DNA of 64,000 bases from a virus. The notes beneath the pieces are model-generated. The model did no database searches, had not been told where the DNA came from, and saw nothing but the letters and a program-made list of their open reading frames with translations. The translations under genes were made by a program, and so were the position numbers. Shown here one piece after another: positions 43,751 to 52,247 of this stretch (within the stretch, counting starts at the first letter, position 1; each line of letters starts with the position of its first letter). The DNA is taken from the IMG/VR virus record IMGVR_UViG_3300027734_000042. One strand, written 5' to 3'.

Positions 43751-43786
43751 AATCCCAGGATCATTCCTTGATCCTGGGATTTTATT
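43751..43786 (+). terminator. intrinsic terminator after tmRNA
   Basis: AATCCCAGGATCA/TGATCCTGGGATT followed by a T run. Confidence 0.8.
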
Positions 43787-43873
43787 AATCATAAATATTT
43801 TTCGAAAAATCCACAGAATCATTTTTATTAATAATGATTATGATCTATATTAGCAATCTATAATAAAAAACAC

Positions 43874-44116
43874 ATGAAAAAATTAATCATGCTTTTAATG
43901 CTTCTGTCCATTGGACTAGTTAGCTGTAATAAGGAAGAGAATAAACCATGCAACTGTGGTACAATTCTCAATGATGGTATCAATGGCTCATGCTATTGGT
44001 TAGAGATTGAGAATGACTGTACTGGTAATAGAAAATCATTTTGCTTTGATCAAAGTGTATGGATGGATGCTTATGTAGGCAGTAACTTCTGTGTAACTAA
44101 CCAAGGACAATGGTAA
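43874..44116 (+). CDS. Cys-rich lipoprotein
   Basis: Signal peptide with lipobox LVSC; early-type promoter at 43817. Confidence 0.7.
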   Translation: MKKLIMLLMLLSIGLVSCNKEENKPCNCGTILNDGINGSCYWLEIENDCTGNRKSFCFDQSVWMDAYVGSNFCVTNQGQW

Positions 44117-44121
44117 GCTAT

Positions 44122-44265
44122 ATGCTGGAACAAATAGGTTATGCAGTGCTTTTCACTTTTCAAGGACTAATGATAGCAATCCTAGTATATCTAGCAGCAT
44201 GGTATCCTAAAGAGCGTGGTAAAGGACATGCTGGTAGAAAATGTAAATGCTGTGTTAAAATATAG
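44122..44265 (+). CDS. 47-aa membrane peptide (missed by the ORF track)
   Basis: MLEQIGYAVLFTFQGLMIAILVYLAAWYPKERGKGHAGRKCKCCVKI. Confidence 0.45.
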   Translation: MLEQIGYAVLFTFQGLMIAILVYLAAWYPKERGKGHAGRKCKCCVKI

Positions 44266-44413
44266 TCAGGTGGCGGAATGTTAACAACCCCGTTCTAGAG
44301 GTAAAAACAATGTGGTTAGAATCCACTCCGGGGTCAATGTTAACTTGGTAGACGCAGCTCGCGGTGTACACTATAAAGGGGTGACAATGCAGGTTCGAAT
44401 CCTGTCCTGACTA
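44264..44413 (+). ncRNA. degenerate tRNA-like RNA with a 65-nt D-loop insertion and no canonical anticodon arm
   Basis: AGTCAGG/CCTGACT acceptor stem, TGGCGGAAT..TTGGTAGACGC D region, GCAGG-TTCGAAT-CCTGT T-arm. Confidence 0.7.
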
Positions 44414-44625
44414 CACGTTCCGACTAATCATCGGATAGTACGTCCCATACGATGAGAAATGGTGTGATAGCCATAGGGAAGAGTTGAAGGTTCGTATATG
44501 TAAAACCTTCCAGTTGACTACTGACGTCGGTAAAACCCTTCAGGAGGGGAGCAAGACAGTCTATTCCTAACTCAGCAATGAGGACAGCCATAACACCTGT
44601 AAGTTGGATAAAGAAGGGTGTTTTT
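44414..44625 (+). ncRNA. candidate structured ncRNA
   Basis: GC-elevated, largely non-coding stretch with several hairpins including CTCA-GCAA-TGAG. Confidence 0.4.
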
Positions 44626-44640
44626 ATTAAAACTAAAAAT

Positions 44641-45252
44641 ATGAACGAGGTAGAGAGTTTTATTCACCACGTGAAATCAGAATGCCGTAGATCCGGTGTG
44701 CTTTTTAAGCCATATAAGAGAAGTTATATTAAGCTCACCGATAATATTAAATGTGCAGGCTTCTTTGATGACGGTAGTGATCCCAAGATTAAAAAAGCCA
44801 CTTTGGCATTTGCACAGGGTAGACCAGATTATCTTGAACTTCTTGTACATGAATATTGTCACATGACCCAATGGGAGGAGCAGATACCTCTATGGACTGC
44901 TGCAATCGACGGATTGACTGTAGTTGATGAATGGCTTTCCGGTGTGGACTATCCAGATGATATTGTGGAAAACTCAATCAACGTGTCTCGTGATCTGGAG
45001 TTGGACAACGAAAAGAGAAGTGTAGCAATGATGAAAAAGTGGGAACTACCTATTGACACTGATTTGTACACGAAGAAATCTAACGCATATGTCCTCTTTT
45101 ACAACTGGATGAAAGAGAGTAGAAAATGGTCTAGCCCTAAGAATCCACCATATAACAATCCAGTTATCTTAGCAGCAATGTCGGAACTATTTGATATGGA
45201 CTATGTAAAACTTACACCAGAATTGGTAGAGATATACAAAAACAACATATAA
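44641..45252 (+). CDS. HExxH metallopeptidase-like protein (start reassigned to 44641)
   Basis: LLVHEYCH and LELDNE; AT-rich leader before MNEVES. Confidence 0.6.
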   Translation: MNEVESFIHHVKSECRRSGVLFKPYKRSYIKLTDNIKCAGFFDDGSDPKIKKATLAFAQGRPDYLELLVHEYCHMTQWEEQIPLWTAAIDGLTVVDEWLSGVDYPDDIVENSINVSRDLELDNEKRSVAMMKKWELPIDTDLYTKKSNAYVLFYNWMKESRKWSSPKNPPYNNPVILAAMSELFDMDYVKLTPELVEIYKNNI

Positions 45253-45303
45253 AAAATCTAGGAATCATTTTTTTAATTCTGAGATTTTTTTTATTTTTAC
45301 AGC

Positions 45304-45585
45304 ATGGATATCACACAAAATCAATTAAAGGAATCAATTATTAAAGTTGCTGTCTATATTAGAGAAGACAGATCCTACGAGGAATTGATGAAAATGAAAA
45401 GCCTTCCTGAGATCTGTAAGTATTTAGCTTATGATCTTTTTGTTAGAGGTGTAAATGAATCTAATGCTATGAACGATACTGAAGTGTTTACGTCTATAGT
45501 GATGATACGTAAGTATTGTCAAGCATTAGCTAGAGATGGTTTTTTTGAGTTTAAATCAGATATTTCTGGACATGCAGGACTTTGA
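45304..45585 (+). CDS. hypothetical early protein
   Basis: Early-type promoter at 45263. Confidence 0.6.
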   Translation: MDITQNQLKESIIKVAVYIREDRSYEELMKMKSLPEICKYLAYDLFVRGVNESNAMNDTEVFTSIVMIRKYCQALARDGFFEFKSDISGHAGL

Positions 45586-45922
45586 TAAGGAAGAAGGTAA
45601 AACGTACGCTGTACACTTTAAAACGCACGCTCACGATGTCTATATAGGTAGACCCAGTAAGTGGGCTAATCCATATACACATAAGGATCTAGATAAGACC
45701 CAAGCTAAGTATCAAGTAGCCACGAGACAAGAAGCTATAAATGGATATGTGCATTATCTTAACGAAAGCGGGTTAATAAAAGATCTCGAAGAATTAAGAG
45801 GTAAAGTTTTAGGATGCTGGTGTTGTAAATCACCTTCTGATGGATCAGAAAAAAAATTAGTATGTCACGGGCAAGTTATAGCTAAAATTCTTAACACACC
45901 ACCTCAGAATAAATTAATATAA
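45536..45922 (+). CDS. DUF4326 protein (start probably 45572)
   Basis: DVYIGRPSKWANPY, LRGKVLGCWC, CHG. Confidence 0.8.
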   Translation: MVFLSLNQIFLDMQDFDKEEGKTYAVHFKTHAHDVYIGRPSKWANPYTHKDLDKTQAKYQVATRQEAINGYVHYLNESGLIKDLEELRGKVLGCWCCKSPSDGSEKKLVCHGQVIAKILNTPPQNKLI

Positions 45923-45940
45923 ACTACTACAACGAAACTT

Positions 45941-46147
45941 ATGGAGACTAAGATGACTAAGTATTTAATATGGGCATTAGCATTTGTTTTATTATTAGAT
46001 TGTGCTGCTACTATATGTTTATACATATCTGTAAAGGATAAGCACCTCGAGAGAGAAGACTACCAAATGTTTAAAGCTGTTAAGATACCGGAAGATACCG
46101 TGTATGTAGATTCAACAACCGTAAGTACAACAACTGACCCTTATTAA
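45941..46147 (+). CDS. small membrane protein
   Basis: Hydrophobic N-terminus. Confidence 0.5.
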   Translation: METKMTKYLIWALAFVLLLDCAATICLYISVKDKHLEREDYQMFKAVKIPEDTVYVDSTTVSTTTDPY

Positions 46148-46149
46148 TT

Positions 46150-46392
46150 ATGAGTAGATACGTAGTAGACCTAGGAGAAAATAAAGAATTCGTTTATGGA
46201 TGGGACCATGCACTTGGTTACTTCTATGAATTGTGGGACAACTCACTTGGCGAAGAAGATTATGAAAAAATAGTGGAGGATAAATCTTACTTTCTTAGTA
46301 AACTAAGTAGAGAGGATATGATAGAAGCTATGTCAAAGTATAAGGCCGACGAATTTCATATTATGAAGATGGTTCTTGATACGCCTTTTTAA
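46150..46392 (+). CDS. hypothetical protein
   Basis: VYGWDHALGYF motif; operon fit. Confidence 0.6.
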   Translation: MSRYVVDLGENKEFVYGWDHALGYFYELWDNSLGEEDYEKIVEDKSYFLSKLSREDMIEAMSKYKADEFHIMKMVLDTPF

Positions 46393-46397
46393 TGCTG

Positions 46398-47003
46398 TTA
46401 TTTTCTTAGGAGATAACCAGAAAGGACAGAAACTAATTCGAAAACATCATCTTTAAGATCTTCAGTTATTTCTATTTTATGCTTAACTGTATGAAGCTGA
46501 ACGAATCCTATCAGTTGACCTGATAATGTTCTAACAGGAGCAGATATTATTTGTAATATTCCTTCTTCTCTTACTTTACCTCTGATGTAGTCTAATACTG
46601 GATCGTCAGCATTAACAAAGAAGAATTCTTGTTCACTTAGGTTTTTCATCAAAGATGGATGCTCAGTAACAAAAACACTTTGGTTATGTTCTTTAGCCTT
46701 AGAAATTCCATCAGAAACAGATTCAAATGTTTGTGAATATTTCTTCATTGGAACACCGTGAAAGAATTTACCTCCATTATGAAATTGGAATATTCCAACT
46801 CTATCTAATCCCCACTTTTTTCTAAATTGATCTAGAAATTCCTGAACCTCTAGCATCGAATCAACATCCTGTTGTGATATTCTATCGTGATTTTCCTCGT
46901 CGCTATCTTTCTTTTTAGAATCAAGATAATGCTTTAACCAAATAGATCCGAGTGCAACAACTACCGAAAAAATGCCCGTTATTAAAATCTGTACAACTTC
47001 CAA
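46398..47003 (-). CDS. TM + GAF-like domain protein, T4 holin T-like candidate
   Basis: Single N-terminal TM, DRVGIFQFHNG, GFVQLH GAF-like strands. Confidence 0.5.
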   Translation of the reverse strand: MEVVQILITGIFSVVVALGSIWLKHYLDSKKKDSDEENHDRISQQDVDSMLEVQEFLDQFRKKWGLDRVGIFQFHNGGKFFHGVPMKKYSQTFESVSDGISKAKEHNQSVFVTEHPSLMKNLSEQEFFFVNADDPVLDYIRGKVREEGILQIISAPVRTLSGQLIGFVQLHTVKHKIEITEDLKDDVFELVSVLSGYLLRK

Positions 47004-47020
47004 TTTTCTTTTTTATGTTA

Positions 47021-47623
47021 TTAATCGTCGAATCCGCCGAATCTTTTTAATATGTTAGCACCTTTACCTAGATCCTCACCCTTTAAGCTAGGCGGTATTT
47101 CAAAGTTTTTAACTATCTCTGGATTCTCTTCCATTTTTCTTCTGACAACGTCTTTGTAATTTTCGTTTCCTAAAAGTTCTTCCTCTGACATAGGAACTCC
47201 TTGCTCTCTTAAGATATACTTAATCAAGAATCCCATTTTGAAAAGATAATCTTCCGGAGTCATACAAGCTCTTCTAAGATCAGTATTTAATCTAGGAAAT
47301 TCTGAAGATTTAGAAGGTCCTACAACCACTCTAATACTTCCGTTGTGCATAATGTTATATTGAGGATATCCCGGTTTAGGTGATTTCATAGAATCATGTT
47401 TAAATGCTATGTTACCTAAACGATCTTTAAAATATCTTTGCTCTTCAGTACCTTGTGTTTCGATACCAATTGGGTTTTCTGCGATCATTTCTGTCCAACC
47501 CATTGCAGTCATATCTTTATAAGCTTCTGATTCTCTAATTGGTTTAAAACTAAGAACTGGACATTTTTTAGTTCTTCTAACCTCTTGTATTTTTTTGAAC
47601 TCTGGATAGTTTTTAATACTCAT
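47021..47623 (-). CDS. late cargo protein with N-terminal and C-terminal tags
   Basis: MSIKNYPEF...KGANILKRFGGFDD; AATATATA upstream. Confidence 0.7.
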   Translation of the reverse strand: MSIKNYPEFKKIQEVRRTKKCPVLSFKPIRESEAYKDMTAMGWTEMIAENPIGIETQGTEEQRYFKDRLGNIAFKHDSMKSPKPGYPQYNIMHNGSIRVVVGPSKSSEFPRLNTDLRRACMTPEDYLFKMGFLIKYILREQGVPMSEEELLGNENYKDVVRRKMEENPEIVKNFEIPPSLKGEDLGKGANILKRFGGFDD

Positions 47624-47834
47624 TTTTCCTTTGTTTTTCTTATATATATTCTTTTTATTCGAGGACTCCGAGAATTTTTCAATAATGGTGAAATTTTTTC
47701 ACTTATTAACAGTATATTTAATGTCCTCTGTAGAAAAACAGCTTATAAACTGTTTTTCTGCTTTCCTATATATAGAAAAAACCGGTTCCTAGGAATCGGT
47801 TTTTTTATTCAAGTTTTTTCTATAATATTGCGAT

Positions 47835-48386
47835 ATGTTAAAAGTACACTTTGAAAATTTTAATCACTTCTTGGAGATAACAAATCCACCCAGTAGTGTA
47901 ACTGATCGTCTAGAGAAGCTTAAGACTCTTAGAGAAAGACCTGACTATCATCCTGAGCCCAATACTTTTGAGCACATACGTATAGTGACTGAGAGATTGA
48001 TGCTAACTAATGACATAGATCTTATATTCGCAGGATGTATGCACGATCTATTTAAGCTAGATACATTAGCAATAAATCCTAAAACCGGATTTCCTACTTG
48101 CCCTGGACACGATACGCAAGTAGCGAGCTTTATACGAAGTAATAAAGAGGTACAGGACTGGATGAACAGATACGAAGCTGATATTGAAACAGTTGCAGAT
48201 CTTTGTAAGGATCATATGAGATTTCATCAATTTGATAGAATGAAAGTATCCAAGCAGGAAGAATTCAAATCAAGACCACATTGGGGTAAATTAATATACC
48301 TAGGTGCTGCAGATAATATGCTGGTTGAATTCGATATAGATAATTTAGAAAAAAGCTGGAAATGGAAAGAAAGAAATACGCTATAA
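47835..48386 (+). CDS. HD-domain phosphohydrolase
   Basis: YHPEPNTFEH, MHDLFK, GHD, DHM, AAD. Confidence 0.75.
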   Translation: MLKVHFENFNHFLEITNPPSSVTDRLEKLKTLRERPDYHPEPNTFEHIRIVTERLMLTNDIDLIFAGCMHDLFKLDTLAINPKTGFPTCPGHDTQVASFIRSNKEVQDWMNRYEADIETVADLCKDHMRFHQFDRMKVSKQEEFKSRPHWGKLIYLGAADNMLVEFDIDNLEKSWKWKERNTL

Positions 48387-49480
48387 GGACACTTAACAAA
48401 TATGTTAACGAGGGAAGGATAGAAAGAAATCCTCACCCGACTCTTCCTATATCCATCTATAATTATTCAAGGGAAACTCAATTTAAGAATGATTGGGACG
48501 AAGTAACATTGTCTATGAGAGGAACAATAATAGACGATAAAGGATATGTTGTTGCCTCTGCTTTCAGTAAGTTTTTTAATTACGAGGAAGTTGCTGATCA
48601 GGCTCCGACTAAAGGAGATTATGTTTATGTGCAAGAAAAGATGGACGGATCCCTAGGTATACTCTTTTATTACCAGGATGAATGGCATCTTGCAACTAAA
48701 GGATCTTTTACTTCAGATCAGGCGAAGAGAGGAATGGAAATACTAAGAAAAAACTATTCTGTTTTTGATCAGGTCTTCTTCAAGGAGGTAACCTATATAG
48801 TTGAAATAATTTATCCGGATAACAGAATTGTAGTTGACTACAAAAATGAAGAGAAAATAGTTTTCCTAAGCACTTCTGTTAATGGGGAAGAACAACACTG
48901 GACAACATCTTTATCATTATTTAAAGGCAGCGGTATAAAAAAATCCGATATAGTTAAATGTGAGCAGCACTTCTCTTTCGGTGAAGATCTTTATAAATCT
49001 TTAAAGGATAAAAACACAAAAAACGAGGAGGGATTTATTCTTAGATTTCAACCTGGTAATTTTAGAATGAAAATAAAATTCGAAGAATATGTTAGATTGC
49101 ATAGGCTTCTTACTAATTTTTCTAATGTTGATATATGGGAAGCATTAAAGGATGGAAGAGATATAAATGTTCTTCTTGAAAGAGTACCTGACGAATTCGA
49201 TGCTTGGGTTAGAAAAACAATAACAGATCTTAGATATCACAAATATGCTATAGAGGAAAGAGCTGGAAAGATTCACTACTATTTCAGATACGGAAAATAC
49301 AGTGATCGTGAGATCGAGCCTACTAAGAAAGAATTTGCACAGCACTTAGAATTCTGCAAAACTGAACCTTCTATAAAGGCTATCTGTTTTTCTATATGGG
49401 ACGGTAAGAACTATGATGATATAGTTTGGAAGATGATCCGGCCTAAATATCAAAAGCCATTCTGGAATAGAGAGGAGTAG
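48362..49480 (+). CDS. T4 Rnl1-like RNA ligase
   Basis: IYNY, KFFN, EKMDGSLG, EGFIL, KIKFEEY. Confidence 0.88.
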   Translation: MERKKYAIRTLNKYVNEGRIERNPHPTLPISIYNYSRETQFKNDWDEVTLSMRGTIIDDKGYVVASAFSKFFNYEEVADQAPTKGDYVYVQEKMDGSLGILFYYQDEWHLATKGSFTSDQAKRGMEILRKNYSVFDQVFFKEVTYIVEIIYPDNRIVVDYKNEEKIVFLSTSVNGEEQHWTTSLSLFKGSGIKKSDIVKCEQHFSFGEDLYKSLKDKNTKNEEGFILRFQPGNFRMKIKFEEYVRLHRLLTNFSNVDIWEALKDGRDINVLLERVPDEFDAWVRKTITDLRYHKYAIEERAGKIHYYFRYGKYSDREIEPTKKEFAQHLEFCKTEPSIKAICFSIWDGKNYDDIVWKMIRPKYQKPFWNREE

Positions 49481-49520
49481 TATTTGTAACTTCTTGGAAT
49501 TCAATGTCTATAATATACGA

Positions 49521-50522
49521 ATGAGAAGAAAGATTATAGACATCTACTGGGAAGAATTCGAATCATATTTCAGAAGTAAATCTGTTAGCCCCGCTATAAC
49601 CAAGAAATTTATCTCATCTTTACAATCTCACATAAAGGATAACGAAGCATCTTTTAAAAAATTCTGGGAATTTATAAAGATCAATCGAACACTTCCTATA
49701 GAAGATTCCATATCAAATCTAAACAAGGAAATACTTTCCAATAAAAAGTATAATAAGACCATGATCTTTGTTTCTGAGTGGGCTCATTCCTATCTAGGGG
49801 CTGGTGAAATTATGTGCTTGCTTATATCTGAGTCTTCATTCTCCGGTGGTAAAAGAAAACCTGATATACTTTTTAAAGGATCAGATAGAAAAATAGAGGT
49901 TAAATCATACGCAGATAATTTTAGATTAACTGAAGCAACGTCTTTCTTTACTGATCTAGGTACTATCATACAAGCTCTTGTACAAGGAGGATTTTTAGGT
50001 AGCTTAACTGATTCCAATAACAATGACCTAAGAAAAGGTCTAAGACATTTTTGCGAGTCTTTTCTTTGCCCCCGTGGTTTTATAGAATTGAATGGTAAGA
50101 TATGGAAGCTTGAATCAAAAGACGACGAAATGATAGTATTCAAGGCCAGTCCAGATACACCTCAGGAGGTCGTTAATTATTCGATAGTCAGAAATTCTCT
50201 AAGGAACTGGTTAGGTAGAGGTATGTTAAGTCTTAAACTTGCAGAGATCATCGATCCAACAAGAACCTCAAGGATACAAAAGGGGGAAGTTTACGATTAT
50301 GTGAGTCATATTATGGGAGCAGGGGATCTTCCACCTATACCTTTAGAGCAATACTTTATTCTTTGCGGGTTGGAATCTATTTTAATATATGAAAGAAAGA
50401 ATAAAATCCATCCATTTCAGATAGTCAAGTTTAACGAATTAAATCAATTCACGTTGGATAGGATAGGGCAGGGGAAAGTTTCTTATAAGAGGAACTTAGG
50501 AATCAAACCTAGAAAGAAGTGA
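49521..50522 (+). CDS. PD-(D/E)xK nuclease-like protein (start reassigned from 49494)
   Basis: GAGEI...PDILF...IEVKS; the promoter at 49486-49514 overlaps the annotated upstream start. Confidence 0.55.
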   Translation: MRRKIIDIYWEEFESYFRSKSVSPAITKKFISSLQSHIKDNEASFKKFWEFIKINRTLPIEDSISNLNKEILSNKKYNKTMIFVSEWAHSYLGAGEIMCLLISESSFSGGKRKPDILFKGSDRKIEVKSYADNFRLTEATSFFTDLGTIIQALVQGGFLGSLTDSNNNDLRKGLRHFCESFLCPRGFIELNGKIWKLESKDDEMIVFKASPDTPQEVVNYSIVRNSLRNWLGRGMLSLKLAEIIDPTRTSRIQKGEVYDYVSHIMGAGDLPPIPLEQYFILCGLESILIYERKNKIHPFQIVKFNELNQFTLDRIGQGKVSYKRNLGIKPRKK

Positions 50523-51335
50523 AGACCCCCGGTCAGTACCGTCTAGTTTAATCCCCGCTTGTTTTATAGCTTCCTTTACTCCTTTTGTTATAGTATCATA
50601 ATCTAAGTAATATCTAGATTTTTCTATTTTATCTCTCTTACCTTTTGGATCGTGGAAGAAATCAACATATGCTTGTTTGACGTCTTCAGGATCAGCATTC
50701 TTCATCCATTCTACTAAAGCATTTTCAAAAAGTAAACTTGTTGATTCCCACTCGTCACCTTTAAAAATTAAATTCTCTATCCACCAATTTAAAAATCTAG
50801 ATTGATATGTTCCTTCTTCTGCTAATCCTTCAAATGATAATCTTATGAAATCTTTTATTATTTCAGCTATTTTCTTTTTGTCGTTTTTATATGATAGTGG
50901 TATATTAACATTTATCTGTCCTGATGAGATATTGTTTTCTATAGAGTAATCCCCTTGCGTTGGTCTTATAAGAACCCTTTTCTTCCCCGTGTAAAAATCT
51001 TTAGATGAGTTTGTATCTAGAAATATCAAAAATCTAACTATGTTAGGATATGAAAGTGTAAGATAAAAATCCACCCAAAATATGCTATCATCAATACCTT
51101 TAGCCATCTTATTAGAACCAATATTAGATCCACTAAATTTTTCTAGTCTTTTAAAAGGTGTAGAATCCGATATCGCATCAAACAGTTCCATTATTTGGTA
51201 CTTGTCCACTGGATGATCCTCTAAGCTTTCTGAAAAGAATCCAAGATATGTTGGTTTTGTGGATATCCTTGACGCAGAATCTCTTGCGAGTAACCAGTTT
51301 TTAAAAGTTTTTATACGCCTTTTATTCTTTTTCAT
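50496..51335 (-). CDS. late cargo protein with N-terminal and C-terminal tags
   Basis: GATATATA at 51343-51350 (minus); RIKTFKNW...RGSSLLSRFDS. Confidence 0.7.
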   Translation of the reverse strand: MKKNKRRIKTFKNWLLARDSASRISTKPTYLGFFSESLEDHPVDKYQIMELFDAISDSTPFKRLEKFSGSNIGSNKMAKGIDDSIFWVDFYLTLSYPNIVRFLIFLDTNSSKDFYTGKKRVLIRPTQGDYSIENNISSGQINVNIPLSYKNDKKKIAEIIKDFIRLSFEGLAEEGTYQSRFLNWWIENLIFKGDEWESTSLLFENALVEWMKNADPEDVKQAYVDFFHDPKGKRDKIEKSRYYLDYDTITKGVKEAIKQAGIKLDGTDRGSSLLSRFDS

Positions 51336-51426
51336 CCTAACCTATATATCCCAATTCAAAAACCGTTTAAAACGAAACTTTTAAGGCGGTTTTGAGTATA
51401 ATTAGTATAATTAAAACTAATAAATT

Positions 51427-51669
51427 ATGAGTACAAAAACAAAATCAACACCTAAAGCTACGATGAAAGCTAAGGCTGTTAAAAAAGCAAGTGTTTCTAC
51501 GAGAAACACAGTAGCAGTGATTCAATTTACACCACGTGGTCGTAGAATCCGCAAGTATAATTCTATGTCTGATGCTATGAGAGCTACTGGTGTTAACACT
51601 GGATCTATCTCTAAAGTAGTTAGAGGTATCTGTCAAACAGCTGGAGGTTTCCGTTGGGCTAACGCTTAA
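51427..51669 (+). CDS. small basic NUMOD1-type HTH DNA-binding protein
   Basis: K/A/T-rich tail, then VIQF...YNSMSDAMRATGV...ISKVVRG..QTAGGFRW. Confidence 0.7.
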   Translation: MSTKTKSTPKATMKAKAVKKASVSTRNTVAVIQFTPRGRRIRKYNSMSDAMRATGVNTGSISKVVRGICQTAGGFRWANA

Positions 51670-51690
51670 TTAGAAACTCACAAAAATCCT

Positions 51691-51714
51691 AAAGGGCCCT
51701 TCGGGGCTTTTTTT
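51691..51714 (+). terminator. intrinsic terminator
   Basis: AAAGGGCCC-TTCG-GGGCTTTTTTT. Confidence 0.8.
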
Positions 51715-51773
51715 GCGAAATCATTTTTTTAATCAAATGGATTGTTCTACTTTTGGAAAATAAATAAAAAACT

Positions 51774-52247
51774 ATGGAAGGAAATGCTTATTACCTAAAG
51801 AGATTGGAAAACAATGCTAGAACTGGTTATTTATTTGGAAGATTCCCAATACCTTCCGGTATTCCTTTTATATTCACTGCATCTACTATTATCGTGTCTG
51901 CACTAATAGAAGTTGTGTTTCCCACACTCTTTATCATTCCTATAATAGCAATTGTTGTTTGTTGGGAACATTACACTAGAGTACACTTCCGTAGCTTTGT
52001 ATTTGAAGAATGTATTGTTGAGGAGATAATGTTTAAGAATGATCTAATAAGAAATGGAGCAGATCCTAACTTCCCAGACGATCCATTATACGTAACTGAA
52101 GAAGATCGAGCATCTATATTCGAGGAGTGCTTGTATATTAATTCAGAAGAAAAATTCCTTAGTAAAATAAAAAACCACTACCGATTTTTAATCTCAGTAG
52201 TGGCTATGTTTATTGGTATTTATCTTTTGATTAAAGTCCTCTACTAG
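51774..52247 (+). CDS. multi-pass membrane protein, early
   Basis: Three hydrophobic segments; early-type promoter at 51719. Confidence 0.65.
   Translation: MEGNAYYLKRLENNARTGYLFGRFPIPSGIPFIFTASTIIVSALIEVVFPTLFIIPIIAIVVCWEHYTRVHFRSFVFEECIVEEIMFKNDLIRNGADPNFPDDPLYVTEEDRASIFEECLYINSEEKFLSKIKNHYRFLISVVAMFIGIYLLIKVLY

Noticed and set aside
43580-43822. 80-aa minus-strand ORF
   Set aside because: Antisense to the tmRNA 3' end and its terminator
44264-44413. Calling a functional tRNA with a specific anticodon
   Set aside because: No 5-bp stem / 7-nt loop anticodon arm can be drawn, so it is reported as tRNA-like only
44526-44560. CGGTAAAACCC...GGAGCAAG resembles an RNase P RNA segment
   Set aside because: The universally conserved GAGGAAAGUCC and matching 3' P4 strand are absent and the region is too short
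47585-47854. 89-aa plus-strand ORF across the divergent intergenic region
   Set aside because: Overlaps both flanking starts and two promoters; low-complexity F/I/L composition
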